A stretch of DNA of 64,000 nt from Yuukianura sp. NJ FZ-2021 (lineage: Eukaryota): positions 124,001 to 188,000 of the forward strand of contig CM102290.1 in assembly GCA_046563655.1 (NCBI GenBank). Reading direction: 5' to 3'. A program made the position numbers and the translations under genes. Below the pieces are notes generated by a model. It was not told where the DNA came from, did not search any database, and saw only the letters and a program-made list of their open reading frames with translations. Shown in pieces: positions 41,057 to 53,562 of the stretch; the first letter of the stretch is position 1, and each line of letters starts with the position of its first letter.

Positions 41057-41955
41057 CATAGATGGGCGTCCTCACTCAAAAAATCCTCAAAGAGGACGAA
41101 ATCCTCAAAGAGGACACGATTTTGGATGAGGATTGAGTATAGAGGATTTGAGGACCGATTGCCGGAAAGAGTATAGAGGATTGAAGTTTTGAGGATGGAC
41201 TTTGAATGAGGATAGAGGTTTTGAGTATTTAAGGATACAGTATGAAGTGAGGATAGAAGATTAGAGTAGTTGAGGATTCAAATTTACTTGAGGATTGAGT
41301 ATTTGAGCACTCCTCAATTTCGAAATTCCTAGCAAATTGAGTCAAATGAGACATCCCCAGACATCCCGGTAACAACCGCGGTTGTTTCAAAGTTGAGCAT
41401 GAGCTTTGATCCTATTTCTTCTCTTCACTATTATTCTTTTGTATCATCAGTTGAAACTGCCAATAGTATAGTCCGAAGTGGTGTGTATCTTATTTAAATT
41501 AGTGAACAACATGTCGTCGAACTTAAAACAGGCAACACTCGAGTTTGGTCCTGTCGTGATTAATGACGAGGAAGTACAAGAAATCGAATCTTCGTCATCT
41601 GCAAAAGTTATCAACCGTCTACGTTACAAGAAAGTTACTGGTGGTGTTCCTGACGCTGTTAGGTTATGTTAATTAAATTGAATATTAGTCTGAAATAAAA
41701 TTGACTTGTTGAACCAAACTTTATATATAGTTATTTTCACTTAATTGAGGATAGAGGTTTAAGGATTTGAGGACATTATTGGGATTGAGGATAGAGGATT
41801 TGAGGTTTTAAGGATTGGGATACCAATGAGGATGAGGTTTTGAAGATTTGAGGACTAGAAATCGAGTGAGGATAGAGGAGAAGAGTACTTGAGGATCGGG
41901 AATCGATTGAGGATAGAGGATTTGAGGACGTCCTCTTTGAGGATGCCCATCTATG
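41057..41955. mobile_element. Internally deleted hAT-like DNA transposon (899 bp)
   Basis: TIR CATAGATGGGC(G/A)TCCTC; perfect 8-bp TSD GTGGTGCA (41049-41056, 41956-41963); dense subterminal GAGGA(T/C) arrays at both ends. Confidence 0.9.
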
Positions 41956-42141
41956 GTGGTGCATGACTATGTTCTAAAGAAAAAACCGGCAAAGGAGGCC
42001 TCTTACTTTTTGTCTCAAAATTTACACGAGATGACGCTCTCACAGCGTCACAATTAATTCTTTTCTAAATTGTGTAAAAAGTATCCAAAGTAACTTTAAA
42101 CATAGCTTCGAATTAACTTATTTTAATTACTTTTGAACATA

Positions 42142-42847
42142 CCCTAATTCCTCGCCTACAAGCCGCACTCGCGTATAAGCCGCACCCAGAAATTTTCAAA
42201 AATACCTTGATAGCGCAAAAACGCAAACTTTAAAGTTAAAAAGGACAGATTAAAAACTGTACAGATTACTACATTTTCAGGTTAATTGTACTTTCATCGT
42301 GCAACTCCATTTTTTAATTTTATTTTTCTAAAATACCTTATGGACCCCTGACCATGAAAAAATATTTTTTTTTACTACACTCTCAAAAACTGAAATTTTT
42401 AAAAAAGTTTGAAAATTGAAATGTCCCCATAAGGGCTCATGTCAATTTTTTCTCAATGTTTTACAACTTAACTCGGTTACGTTTTAAAGAGCTTAAACAA
42501 TGTTGGTAGGCTAGGTTAGGTTAATTTTTTTCAGAAAGAAATTATAAAAATCCGAGTTACCCGGTGAAAGTAAAATTATTCCCAGTTTCCTCAAAACATC
42601 TTTTATTTAATTATGCACGAATTCGTACAAATTTGATTCGCCAGACACCAGAACCGTGGCAAAAATGCTGGATTTGATGAATTAACATTAGATTAAAACC
42701 GTTTTAAATAGGATTTAGAACATTTACCGGCAATTCCGACAGATTTTTAACAAAATTCTTCAGTTTTCAGCGAAAAAAAATTATTTCATTTTCAAAATTT
42801 TTCGGAAATTCTCAGATAAGTCGCGGCTTGTATGCGAGGAATTAGGG
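42142..42847. mobile_element. Non-autonomous Tc1/mariner/pogo-type element
   Basis: TIR CCCTAATTCCTCGC(C/A)TACAAGCCGC flanked by TA on both sides; internal TTAGG-like tract near 42505-42523. Confidence 0.85.
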
Positions 42848-43787
42848 TATTCTGCACGAAGAGAAATTTCTTCTTCAAAATTGTGAACTACTGCTAATCA
42901 ATTACAAATTCGACTGCAACTCAACGGTTGGTGTGAGACGGATTCAAAACCACCAGCGGGAAATTAAAAAAAAGTTTTGCTAAATTTTATAACGAAAGTT
43001 TTGTCATGCAAAATTAAGTATTGCCATTGCTTTTCGCTATTTTTAAAATTGCAAAATGGCGAATCAATATGCAAATTCCACAAATGACGCCTTTAGTGCG
43101 AAAATTATATCGAACAAGACTAGAGTAATTGGAAAATTAACGTTCCATTCTCCCTTCAAGTGTTATTAGTACTTAAATTATTGTTAATTACTGCTTTTGT
43201 AATTGAGGAAATGCCATTCGAAGTAAAAAAAAATCCACGAATCGTCGTTGTTTACGTTTGTGTAAATGCCATTGTGCATAGCAAAACATTTGATTACATG
43301 GAGTTTGTATAGAATTTTGGTTTTTAGCATTGATTTATTCAAAACACGACATTTGCTGAATGTGATCTTCATCTTCCGTGAATCTGTCACCTGTCCAAAA
43401 ATAACAACAAACAACTAACCTACCAGCATCTGTCTGGATTCCCTCTTGTGTACTTTGTGTTGCTAGGCACCTCTTCTGTAACTCCAGCCAATATGGAAAT
43501 GCTTTCACAAGGTAAGGTCAATTACTTAACGAAAATCACAATACTAAATGATCAATTGAGTTACTTACCGTTAGTTTGGTTTTTGTAGTATCCAACGTAC
43601 CAAGTGCAAGTAATGGATGGATGAAGGATGGACAATGTTAGATGGACCCTCAAGTTGCTCAGTCTAGCTGTTCCGTTTTAGCCACTCTTAGTACCTCCTT
43701 ACCACAGTAACAGAAAGAGGTCGCAGATCTCCTGGAAGGACACAGTAGTATTATTACAAATCAATCAAGTATAACCATCCTGCCACT

Positions 43788-45227
<1,440 letters not shown>

Positions 45228-45696
45228 ATCCAGCCACTCAATTTGGAGGGTTTTGAATGCTGTTATTTATGCAAAGTGTCCAACGATATGGTATTTTATG
45301 TGAACAATCCGCTTGTCCACTCCACGATTCGTTGTTCAATTAAAGTTGGTCGTCGTCTCATGTTGATTTGTGAATAAATTTGGAAGGCGCTAAGGTGATT
45401 CAATTGCAAGGGAGCAATAGATGTCACTGAGGTCGAGATCTCACCATGCGGTTTATTCAAGTGCACAAGAACAAGGGAACGAAATGCGGAGAAATCCATG
45501 CATCATGCACCACGAGCGAAGTCACTCCTGTTCAAAAGCGGAGCGGCAAAACTCCAGATGATCCTGATCGGAATTTAATTGAAATTAGATTTTTAACATT
45601 TAATTTGATTTGTGGTAGTTAATTTAAATTTAAATTGACTAAATTTAAATTAAATAAATAATGGTTTAAGTTATCCAAATTTTAAAGTTAAATCAC

Positions 45697-46040
45697 GAAT
45701 ATCTAAAATTTCTTCTTAGTGAAATCTAGGTAAGTCTCTGGAATGTCTAAAATTTCTGCTTGATGCAATCTAGCTAAGTCTCTGAAGCCCAATTTATACT
45801 TTTCGTTTCCCTGACGTTTCCCAGGAAAAAGTTTGTCGTAGAGCACGATTTTAATAAAAGTTTCATTACATTTTTATTTAAAATTTCGTTGTTATAGACG
45901 TCTCTTTTATTAAAATCGTGCTCTACGACAAACTTTTTCCTGGGCAAAGTCAGGGAAACGAAAAGTATAAATTGGGCTTGAAATATCTAAAATTTCTGCT
46001 TGATGAAATCTAGCTAAGTCTCAGGAATATCTAAAATTTC
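45697..46040. repeat. About 44-bp minisatellite interrupted by a MITE
   Basis: Unit gaatatctaaaatttctgcttgatgaaatctagctaagtctctg: two copies left of the insertion, one and a partial copy right of it. Confidence 0.85.
45786..45978. mobile_element. PIF/Harbinger (Tourist-like) MITE, 193 bp
   Basis: About 75-bp TIR AGCCCAATTTATACTTTTCG...; 3-bp TSD TGA (45783-45785, 45979-45981). Confidence 0.88.
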
Positions 46041-46747
46041 CATTCGACTAGTAATTAGGATGAGTTATGATAATTTTTACAATTTTTTTTATTTTTTCAT
46101 GTTTTTGAATATTTTATTTAACACAGAACTGAAAAAAACTTACACCTGCCAGAGGCAGGTTGAGGTATTTAAAGACGTATTGAAAAAATTTTTTTAAATC
46201 ATATAAATGGGTCATTGTATGATAATTTGTAATTAATTATGGTAGGTGGTTTGTAGACTAAAAATGTTGCTAAGGTAACGCCGCACGCTGGAGGGTGCGG
46301 TGCTAAACGAGGGAAACCGCCAAACCGTTGCACAACTGTGGTTCATGTGAAGATTGAAGGAAAAGGAGGAAGATTCTCTCTTTCTTCTCCTGCGTCTTGA
46401 CAGAAGAACAACGATTTACAGAGGTCACCTCCTCCATTTCCATTCACAAACCGATTCATCACGAGAATAATTCACGTAAGTTCTCAGTTCATTACTAATT
46501 ACTTGGACAGTATAGTCATCAATTGGTTTCAAGTTACGGGCTGGTCAAAGTCAATCATAATCGTTGGGTTCAACTTGTTGATCTCATCTTTTTGGTTAAT
46601 CATCGAAGATGGAGCTGACATCATCACCAAACGAAAGTAGTTCGTTGAGTCATTCATGTTTCGGTCATTTGGTTGGACTGTCATGCTACTTTATAAAGAG
46701 ACAATGTGGACACCGTTTTTAACATTGTTCTTTGCTGATTGCAGAAA

Positions 46748-48439
46748 ATGGCGGATGCGGAGAATAACATTGTGGCTCAAGAGGACGGTGATGATTTGGA
46801 AGATATCGAAGTGGAAGTAAAAGAAGAGGGGCATGACATGCACGACGATGAATTTGATGGTGACCCAACGGACTTTATTGTAAGCACTCACTCTAATACA
46901 GTTATTATCCTCTCTTCTTTCCATTCAACTTAAGATTAACTTTGAGTATTTGTCAATGTAGAATCAGTTAGCCCCAGAAGTACGGCGTCGAGTTCTGGCT
47001 CTCAAAAAACTTCAGTTGGATTGTACGAATCTAGAGGCTTCTTTCTATGCTGAGATGCATGCCCTCGAGGTCAAATATGCTCCGCTTTATAAACCTATTT
47101 TGGAGAAGGTGAAACCGTCAACATTGTATACAAGTTTTAGTTTCCTGTTTTAACTTTTGTTATCTGCTGGCACAGAGAAATCAAATCACTAACGGTGAGT
47201 ACGAGCCGAATGATGCTGAGTGTGATTTCCCACACGATGAGGACGTTGCTACCAAACTCGAGGAAATGAAGTTGGATCAGTAAGGAAACCCTCACTTTAT
47301 ATTCCTTTCTACTTCAGTTCTTTATCTTTGACTGTTGCTTTTCAGGACTGGGGGAGCAGGGGAGAAGCTCCAAGGAATTCCCGACTTCTGGCTTAAGATT
47401 TTTCGAAACGTAGACATGCTGGAGTGTCTTACGGAAGAACCCGATCTGCCCATTCTCAAGCATTTGACTGACATTAAGGTTGAACTGTCCATTCAACCAA
47501 TGGTAACCACAAACTTTCTGTTCGATCATAAGTTCTCTAGAAAAGATGGATGCTAATTGTAACTTTTGTTCTCAATTTCAGGGATTCAAGTTACACTTTC
47601 ACTTTTCGCCAAATGAGTATTTTACAAACTCTGTCTTGACAAAATCCTACTTCATGAAGTGCGAAGTGGATCCGGAAGATCCATTTTCATTTGAAGGGCC
47701 AGAAATTGTCAAATGCCAAGTAAGTAACCAATAATAATAATAATAAATATTAAATTAAATAATCACTCTCCTCATCCACTGAAGCTATTCGTGCCATGTA
47801 GCACCTCAGTCAGCGATGGAGAGTAGACAAAAGGCAGGGTTCATTCTTACGGTTTTTCACTTACAATTGATCTACACACTAGAATGAACTCTGTACAAAA
47901 GTGTCTCATCTTTCCTTTTCGTTGACTAATCGTTTGTTGTTACAGGGGTGTGCGATTAACTGGAACCCAGGCAAGAATGTGACTGTGAAAGTTATCAAGA
48001 AGAAGCAAAAGCATAAACAGCGCGGCTCTGTTAGAACAGTGAGTAAAACAGTGGAGGCTCCGTCTTTCTTCAACTTCTTCAATCCCCCACAAGTGAACCA
48101 GGGCGAGGAGCTGGACGAGGAGATTCAGCTCAAGCTCACCAACGACTTTGAGGTAACATCCACACATAATGTCCAATGTTGAATAAGGAATTGATGAGTG
48201 AATTTAAATTTCAGGTTGGTCAGTACATTCGTGAGCGAGTTGTTCCGCGTGCCGTTCTATTCTACACGGGAGAGGCTCTGGAGGAGGACGATGATGAGGA
48301 GGAGTACGAGGAGGAGGAGGAGGACGAAGAGGAGGAGGAGGAGGATGACCATGGGGGGAAACATGTTCCGAATCGGAGTCGCAAATCTCCAGCCCAGAGT
48401 AAGGTCCCTCAACAACAGCAGGAGTGCAAGCAGCAGTAA
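46748..48439 (+). CDS. Nap1: Nucleosome assembly protein 1
   Basis: VRRRVLALKKLQ, GIPDFWL, FHFSPNEYFTNSVLTKSY, SFFNFF, PRAVLFYTGEA, acidic tail encoded by (GAG)n, C-terminal ECKQQ*. Confidence 0.97.
47765..47900 (+). ncRNA. Intronic box H/ACA snoRNA
   Basis: Hairpin 1 (ACTCTCC/GGAGAGT and ACTGA/TCAGT stems), H box AGACAA 47825-47830, hairpin 2 (GCAGGGTTCATTCT/AGAATGAACTCTGT), ACA at 47895-47897. It is sense to the host and sits in an intron about three times longer than its neighbours. Confidence 0.85.
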
Positions 48440-49351
48440 CTCGAGCTCTCTGTCATGTCAGGGTGAGGAAAGGCATTCGACTATTCTAAAAAAGTAAAAA
48501 GTTGCTCACGGAATGGATTTCCTCACTGAGGTCACACAGACTCGCATAGTCAAATGTTGCGATAGAAGGGACATCATATTTATCGCAATTCTTCATTCAT
48601 TTTTTCTAGATACCAACTACATTACCTTCCAATATCATTTTTCTGCTAGTGGTTTGTGAATATTTAAATTGAAGCGGCATTTTAGCCATTTAAAAAAAAA
48701 TATGTGAGTTTCCCTCGTGGATTAAATGAAGGTTTCAACGTTCTTCCAAAATCGGGAATTTCTAAGTCCCGACTTGAATTTTATGTGGATAACGAGATAT
48801 CTGTTATCTAATTTTGCTTAAGGTTGGTCGATATCCAGAATTTTGTAAGATGTTGGCGGTTTTAGAATGTTTTGAATGCTGTTGCTGGGGTAACGTGGTG
48901 ACTTTTGAGCAGAACGTACTCTGTCCCATACTAATCCATTCCGTGTGATCCACTTGACGTTTGACACTGATCTTTGCTCACCCTGGTTACTTCAGTTGCC
49001 TTGTTTTGAAAGTGACTAAAATGTGATGGTTACACTTTTGTTGCAGTGCTTAGTGAGTGGAAGGCAGCACGCAACACCTAAAACATTAAGTGTCATCAAC
49101 TAACTCCAGTAACTACACAACTTACTTAATTCTACCCCATACTCACCTAAATTATCAATGTGAACCAGTTTGTGTTGGGGCCTACAATAAATTCTTCAAT
49201 TCACTTTTCTCTAACTTCCAATTACAACTTTACTTTTCTACTTTTTACTTTTAACAGTTTCGTATCACTTCAGTTTGGTCGATTTTACATTGAGATTTGA
49301 TTTTGATTAGATTTTTAGAAATTTTTTGGTTTGTGGACTTGAGTTTGTGTT

Positions 49352-52334
49352 TCATGGGGTGTAGAGTTGGCGGTCGTCAGGAACAGCATCAAGTGGCGTG
49401 TCGTCTTCGTCACTGTCTTGTTCCTGTTCCGGTGCTTGGTAGTAGTCGGATTCCGTTCGTCGGCAGTATTCCGCAAGTATTTTCCCTCGTTGCTCGGCCG
49501 TCAGAACTGCGGATGTTCGTTGTGGCTGGAGATTTGTGTAGTCGCTGATGCTGGAAATGGAATTGGCACCCCATCCTTCCTTCCCAATGTCATGCCAGCT
49601 CATATAAGCACTCGAAATGTCATGCCGCTTTCGCTAATTCAAAAAGTTAAAAATTAGATTTCTAAAAAGTTAGTTGAATATAAGTATGCATTTAACTTAC
49701 ACGATCCCTTGGTGGTTCGGAGTGCGGAGTGGAGTGAGTGACATGGTTTCCAGCATAAGCGACGCAGTTGATGTCCCAAGTCCGAGTCTCTTCGTTGTAT
49801 CGCATGTTCTGTTTGATAGTTTTCAAATGCTCCGGAGGAATGTATTCTCCTAAAATGGCCTCCATTTTAGCATTTTCCCGACGCTGGACTCGCAGTTTCT
49901 CCTCCCATGCCTCCAGTTCCGCTCGTTCTTCTTCCATCGCCAACTGATCTTCGAGCTGCTCTTTCTTCATGATCCTCGACCACTTCCGAATGGCTCGTTT
50001 GTTTTCTCGGAAAGTCTCCTGCAGACGCAGAACATGAGCTTCTAGCTCAGCTTTCTCCGCCTCCATTCAAAAAAAGTACAAACAAAATTAGAAAATTGTC
50101 TTTTTTTGAAAATGTTCTCTTTTAGGAAACTGTTGTTGATTTACCATCTTGGAGGCAAGAGAATCCTGGAGTTTGAGTTGTTCCTTCCGACGTTGTTCCA
50201 GTTCCAGCATCGATTTCTGCAAAAACGCTTCTTGTTCCTGTGACTTGTCCAGCAGATTTTCTCCTCCAATCATGATCTTGTTCTGGAGTGCCTTCAGCTT
50301 CTCCTCCAAGTAAACTTTCTTCTCCCTGGACAAATTCAAACAGAAATGATGCGTGCTATACGCGAACGCGTGTTATACGCCGATAAATTATGGTAACGTA
50401 CTGTTGCTGCTTCCAGGTAAGCACATTTTCCTTGAGAGCGTTCAACGCGGTCTTCTTGCTCTCAGCTTCGGACTTGACGAGGCTGGACAGTCGTTCTTGC
50501 GTTTCAATTTCTCCGCGGATGCCCAATAACGTCTCTTCGTCCGGAACCAACAAACAAGGATCGTCGTCACCTTCATCTATGCACAAAACAATCAACAACT
50601 TGAAACTAACTATTATTAGATATTATATTATTATATTATTATTATATATAAGTAATTCATGGTAGTACCTCCAAGATGTGCTGCTCCTCTTCCTTCCACT
50701 TCCACAAAGTCCCCTTCTTCCAACTTCTTACGCAGTTCTTCAATCTCCCTCTCAAATTCACGCAGCATCGCATCCTTCGGATCTTCGTTGATGTGGGCTC
50801 TGTTCTTGATTTGCTTGGCTCGGTCGGCATAGCGTAGAGTGCTCATGGTCTCTTCGTAGTTGTCGTCGGCTGGCCCAACATTTGTGATCTAACACAGATC
50901 ACAAGTTACGATTTGTTACTTGAATTAGTAATTGTGAATAGAATCAATCTAGTAGTACCATAACAGTCTTTGAATTTCCCCCCAAGGAGTCCTGGAGTAG
51001 GCGAGTCAGTTTGGACCCCCGATACGGAATATGAGCTTGACCTTCGACCAAGGCCGCAATCACATTCCCCAAGCAGGACAACGACAAGTTGATCTTGGCC
51101 CCCTCTTTGAGTCTTTGTCCAGAAGCACCTGTCTTACTCACACGCTCCGATCCCTATGTTAAACAAACGTTTTTTCAAGTTTAATTACAGTAAAGTTAAA
51201 CTAAAAGAATTTTAGAGTCAAATTGAACTTGTCTTACCGCCAAATCCACCAAGTTGAGTTTGCCCATGCGAAGGGACTGTTGTCCACCGATGTCGGTGGC
51301 ACATTCCACATGAATTGAAAAAATGGCGTGGGATCGAGAACTCTTGTTGTTCATATTCGTACTTCCCACCACCCCTTAAAATTCACAATGAAACGTTTGT
51401 AGTGAGGCTTTTGACGTATACCGGGACAAACATTGTTCATTCCATTGTGTTTCCTGACTTACGATTTTTGTTTCCAATTTTGAGGACTCGTTCCATGTCA
51501 GCCTCGGAACGAACGACGAAGGATGAGAGGTGTTTGACATAAACTCCAGTGTCACTCCGTTCCTTGACCTCCAGTCTCTTCTGAGCATCTTTTCCCAACA
51601 GGTCACGCACATCTTCATTGTAAATCTCCAAGTAAGACACACGGACCAGAAACCTAAAGGAAAGTGAAGAATAAGAGTGAAATGACACTTAATTGATTAC
51701 TAATCGACACCTTACTTGGAATGATCAGACTCTCTTGAGATATGACTAAAGATTTGAGCAAAGGAATTTGGAATGATGCCTTTCAGCTCCGGCACAGATC
51801 GGTCCCCCTCCATGGTAAACGTTTTACCAGTTCCAGTCTGTCCGCTGAAAAATAAGACAACTCTTTAACAATCCGATTGTTAGTTATTCTAGTTGTTGAA
51901 ACTTACTATGCAAAAATAGTTCCGTTGTATCCTTGAATCACATTTTCAATGATTGGACGAGCAACTTGGTTGAACACTTCAGCCTGAGTTGATTTCGTAC
52001 AAAAGACACCGTCGAAGTTAAACGGTTTGAGCACTTCAGTCATTGGATTCAAAATGGTGAGTTGTCCCTGTCTTGTGTCAGCTTGAATGATGTTAACGAA
52101 TCCCTTGTCGATTTCGGATTTACTCATTGGACGGATTCGGACCACGACACGCACATTCTCTTCGTCTGAGCTCGGTCTCGCACTTGCGCAGACCATCGTC
52201 GGCATAATGGTCTCCTCCATGTCCACTGAATGGTGGTACCGTGCCGAATGAGGACCTGACTTGGAGTGATGGTGGCCTGATGAACGTGACGACGACGTTT
52301 TAGCGCTCCCAAGTCGTTTGGACTTGTTCTCCAT
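49352..52334 (-). CDS. Kinesin-2 motor subunit, KIF3A/Klp64D-like (divergent)
   Basis: [11 protein letters not shown]-loop [79 protein letters not shown]; stalk [17 protein letters not shown] as in KIF3A. Confidence 0.92.
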
Positions 52335-53562
52335 GATGAGACGAAGTCGTTGACCTCAAACGATGAACAAAGGAGAAAGGAGTGATATTTGTGGAAACGA
52401 TAGTGTCAATGTCAATGGACAGAACTCAAATGATTCTTTTAGAAAACCAACACCAATTATTTGTTTTTTGAGTGACAAGAGAAAAGGCGACACAAAAATT
52501 GAGCTGTGAGGAGACAGGCAAATGTATTGATTTTTCGGTTTTTCGGTGTTTTGCCCTTGCGTCGCGGGGTCAACCAATTCCATTTCATTTTAGCAAGCCA
52601 CGGAGAAGCACCGCCCTCTTTTGTCAGCATCTGAAAGCCCAATATACAACAAATTCTTTTGAGGTATGCACCTGCCAATACAATACCTTCATAATTTAAT
52701 TTATTAAAGAATAACAAACGCCGTAAGTAAGTAGCGAAAGGAAATTCAACGGGAAAGGACCTTGCTAAGTCCCATGAATATAAAAATTTTCACTGTGAAC
52801 CAAATCTTGCTAATTTCCTTGAGTATCATAAAATTTATTTGGCACGAGAGTTCTTAAAAAAATACGCTTATAGGTGGAGGAAGTATCAGGACGATTAAAC
52901 GGATCTGGAGCGAAGCCCCAGCAAGCATGCACAGCATACTTGTTTTTATTATTATTATTAATAAAATAAAATAATATTAAATATGATATGTCAATAAATT
53001 TTATTGACAAAGATTATGCAATGCGAGGCGCATAACTCTGGTGGTGGAATTTTGTTTTTCTGGGAGTTTTAATTTTGAATTTGCCACCAAATCACCCGCG
53101 CGCCAGAATTTGTTTCATTCGCAAAAACTATTTACAAAAAGAAACCCTCCCCACAATTTCGATTTTTGCATGCTGATCCTCGTCGTTTTTTTTTTCGCAT
53201 GGAGGAATTTGGTTGTAATCGATAACAATTTGGCAACAAACACAACCTATATAAACAAAACGAAATAACAAACATCCATCAGCCACCATCAATCAACGTA
53301 TAACCTTTGGTCATAGAACAACTGACTCCATCTTCAATCGCTTCTGAGGTAAGCCAACTTACGATTTGTTTTGACAGTGGTAATGGCCTATAATCAATCA
53401 GTTGTCACTTATCCGGGTTATTGTTGAATCCTACTAGGTTCCGAGGCATTTGAGACACAAAACCTCATTTCCGGCTTAATCGTTACATACAAATGAAAGT
53501 ATTGAATTGACAGTTAATTGGAAAGTAGCCTTTTTAAAGTAACTTGTGGGCTTGACAAGATA

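Noticed and set aside
41090..41945. Regularly spaced GAGGAT repeats superficially like a CRISPR array
   Set aside because: Eukaryotic context, repeats only 5-8 bp with irregular spacing, and they are bounded by TIRs and a TSD, so they are transposon subterminal repeats.
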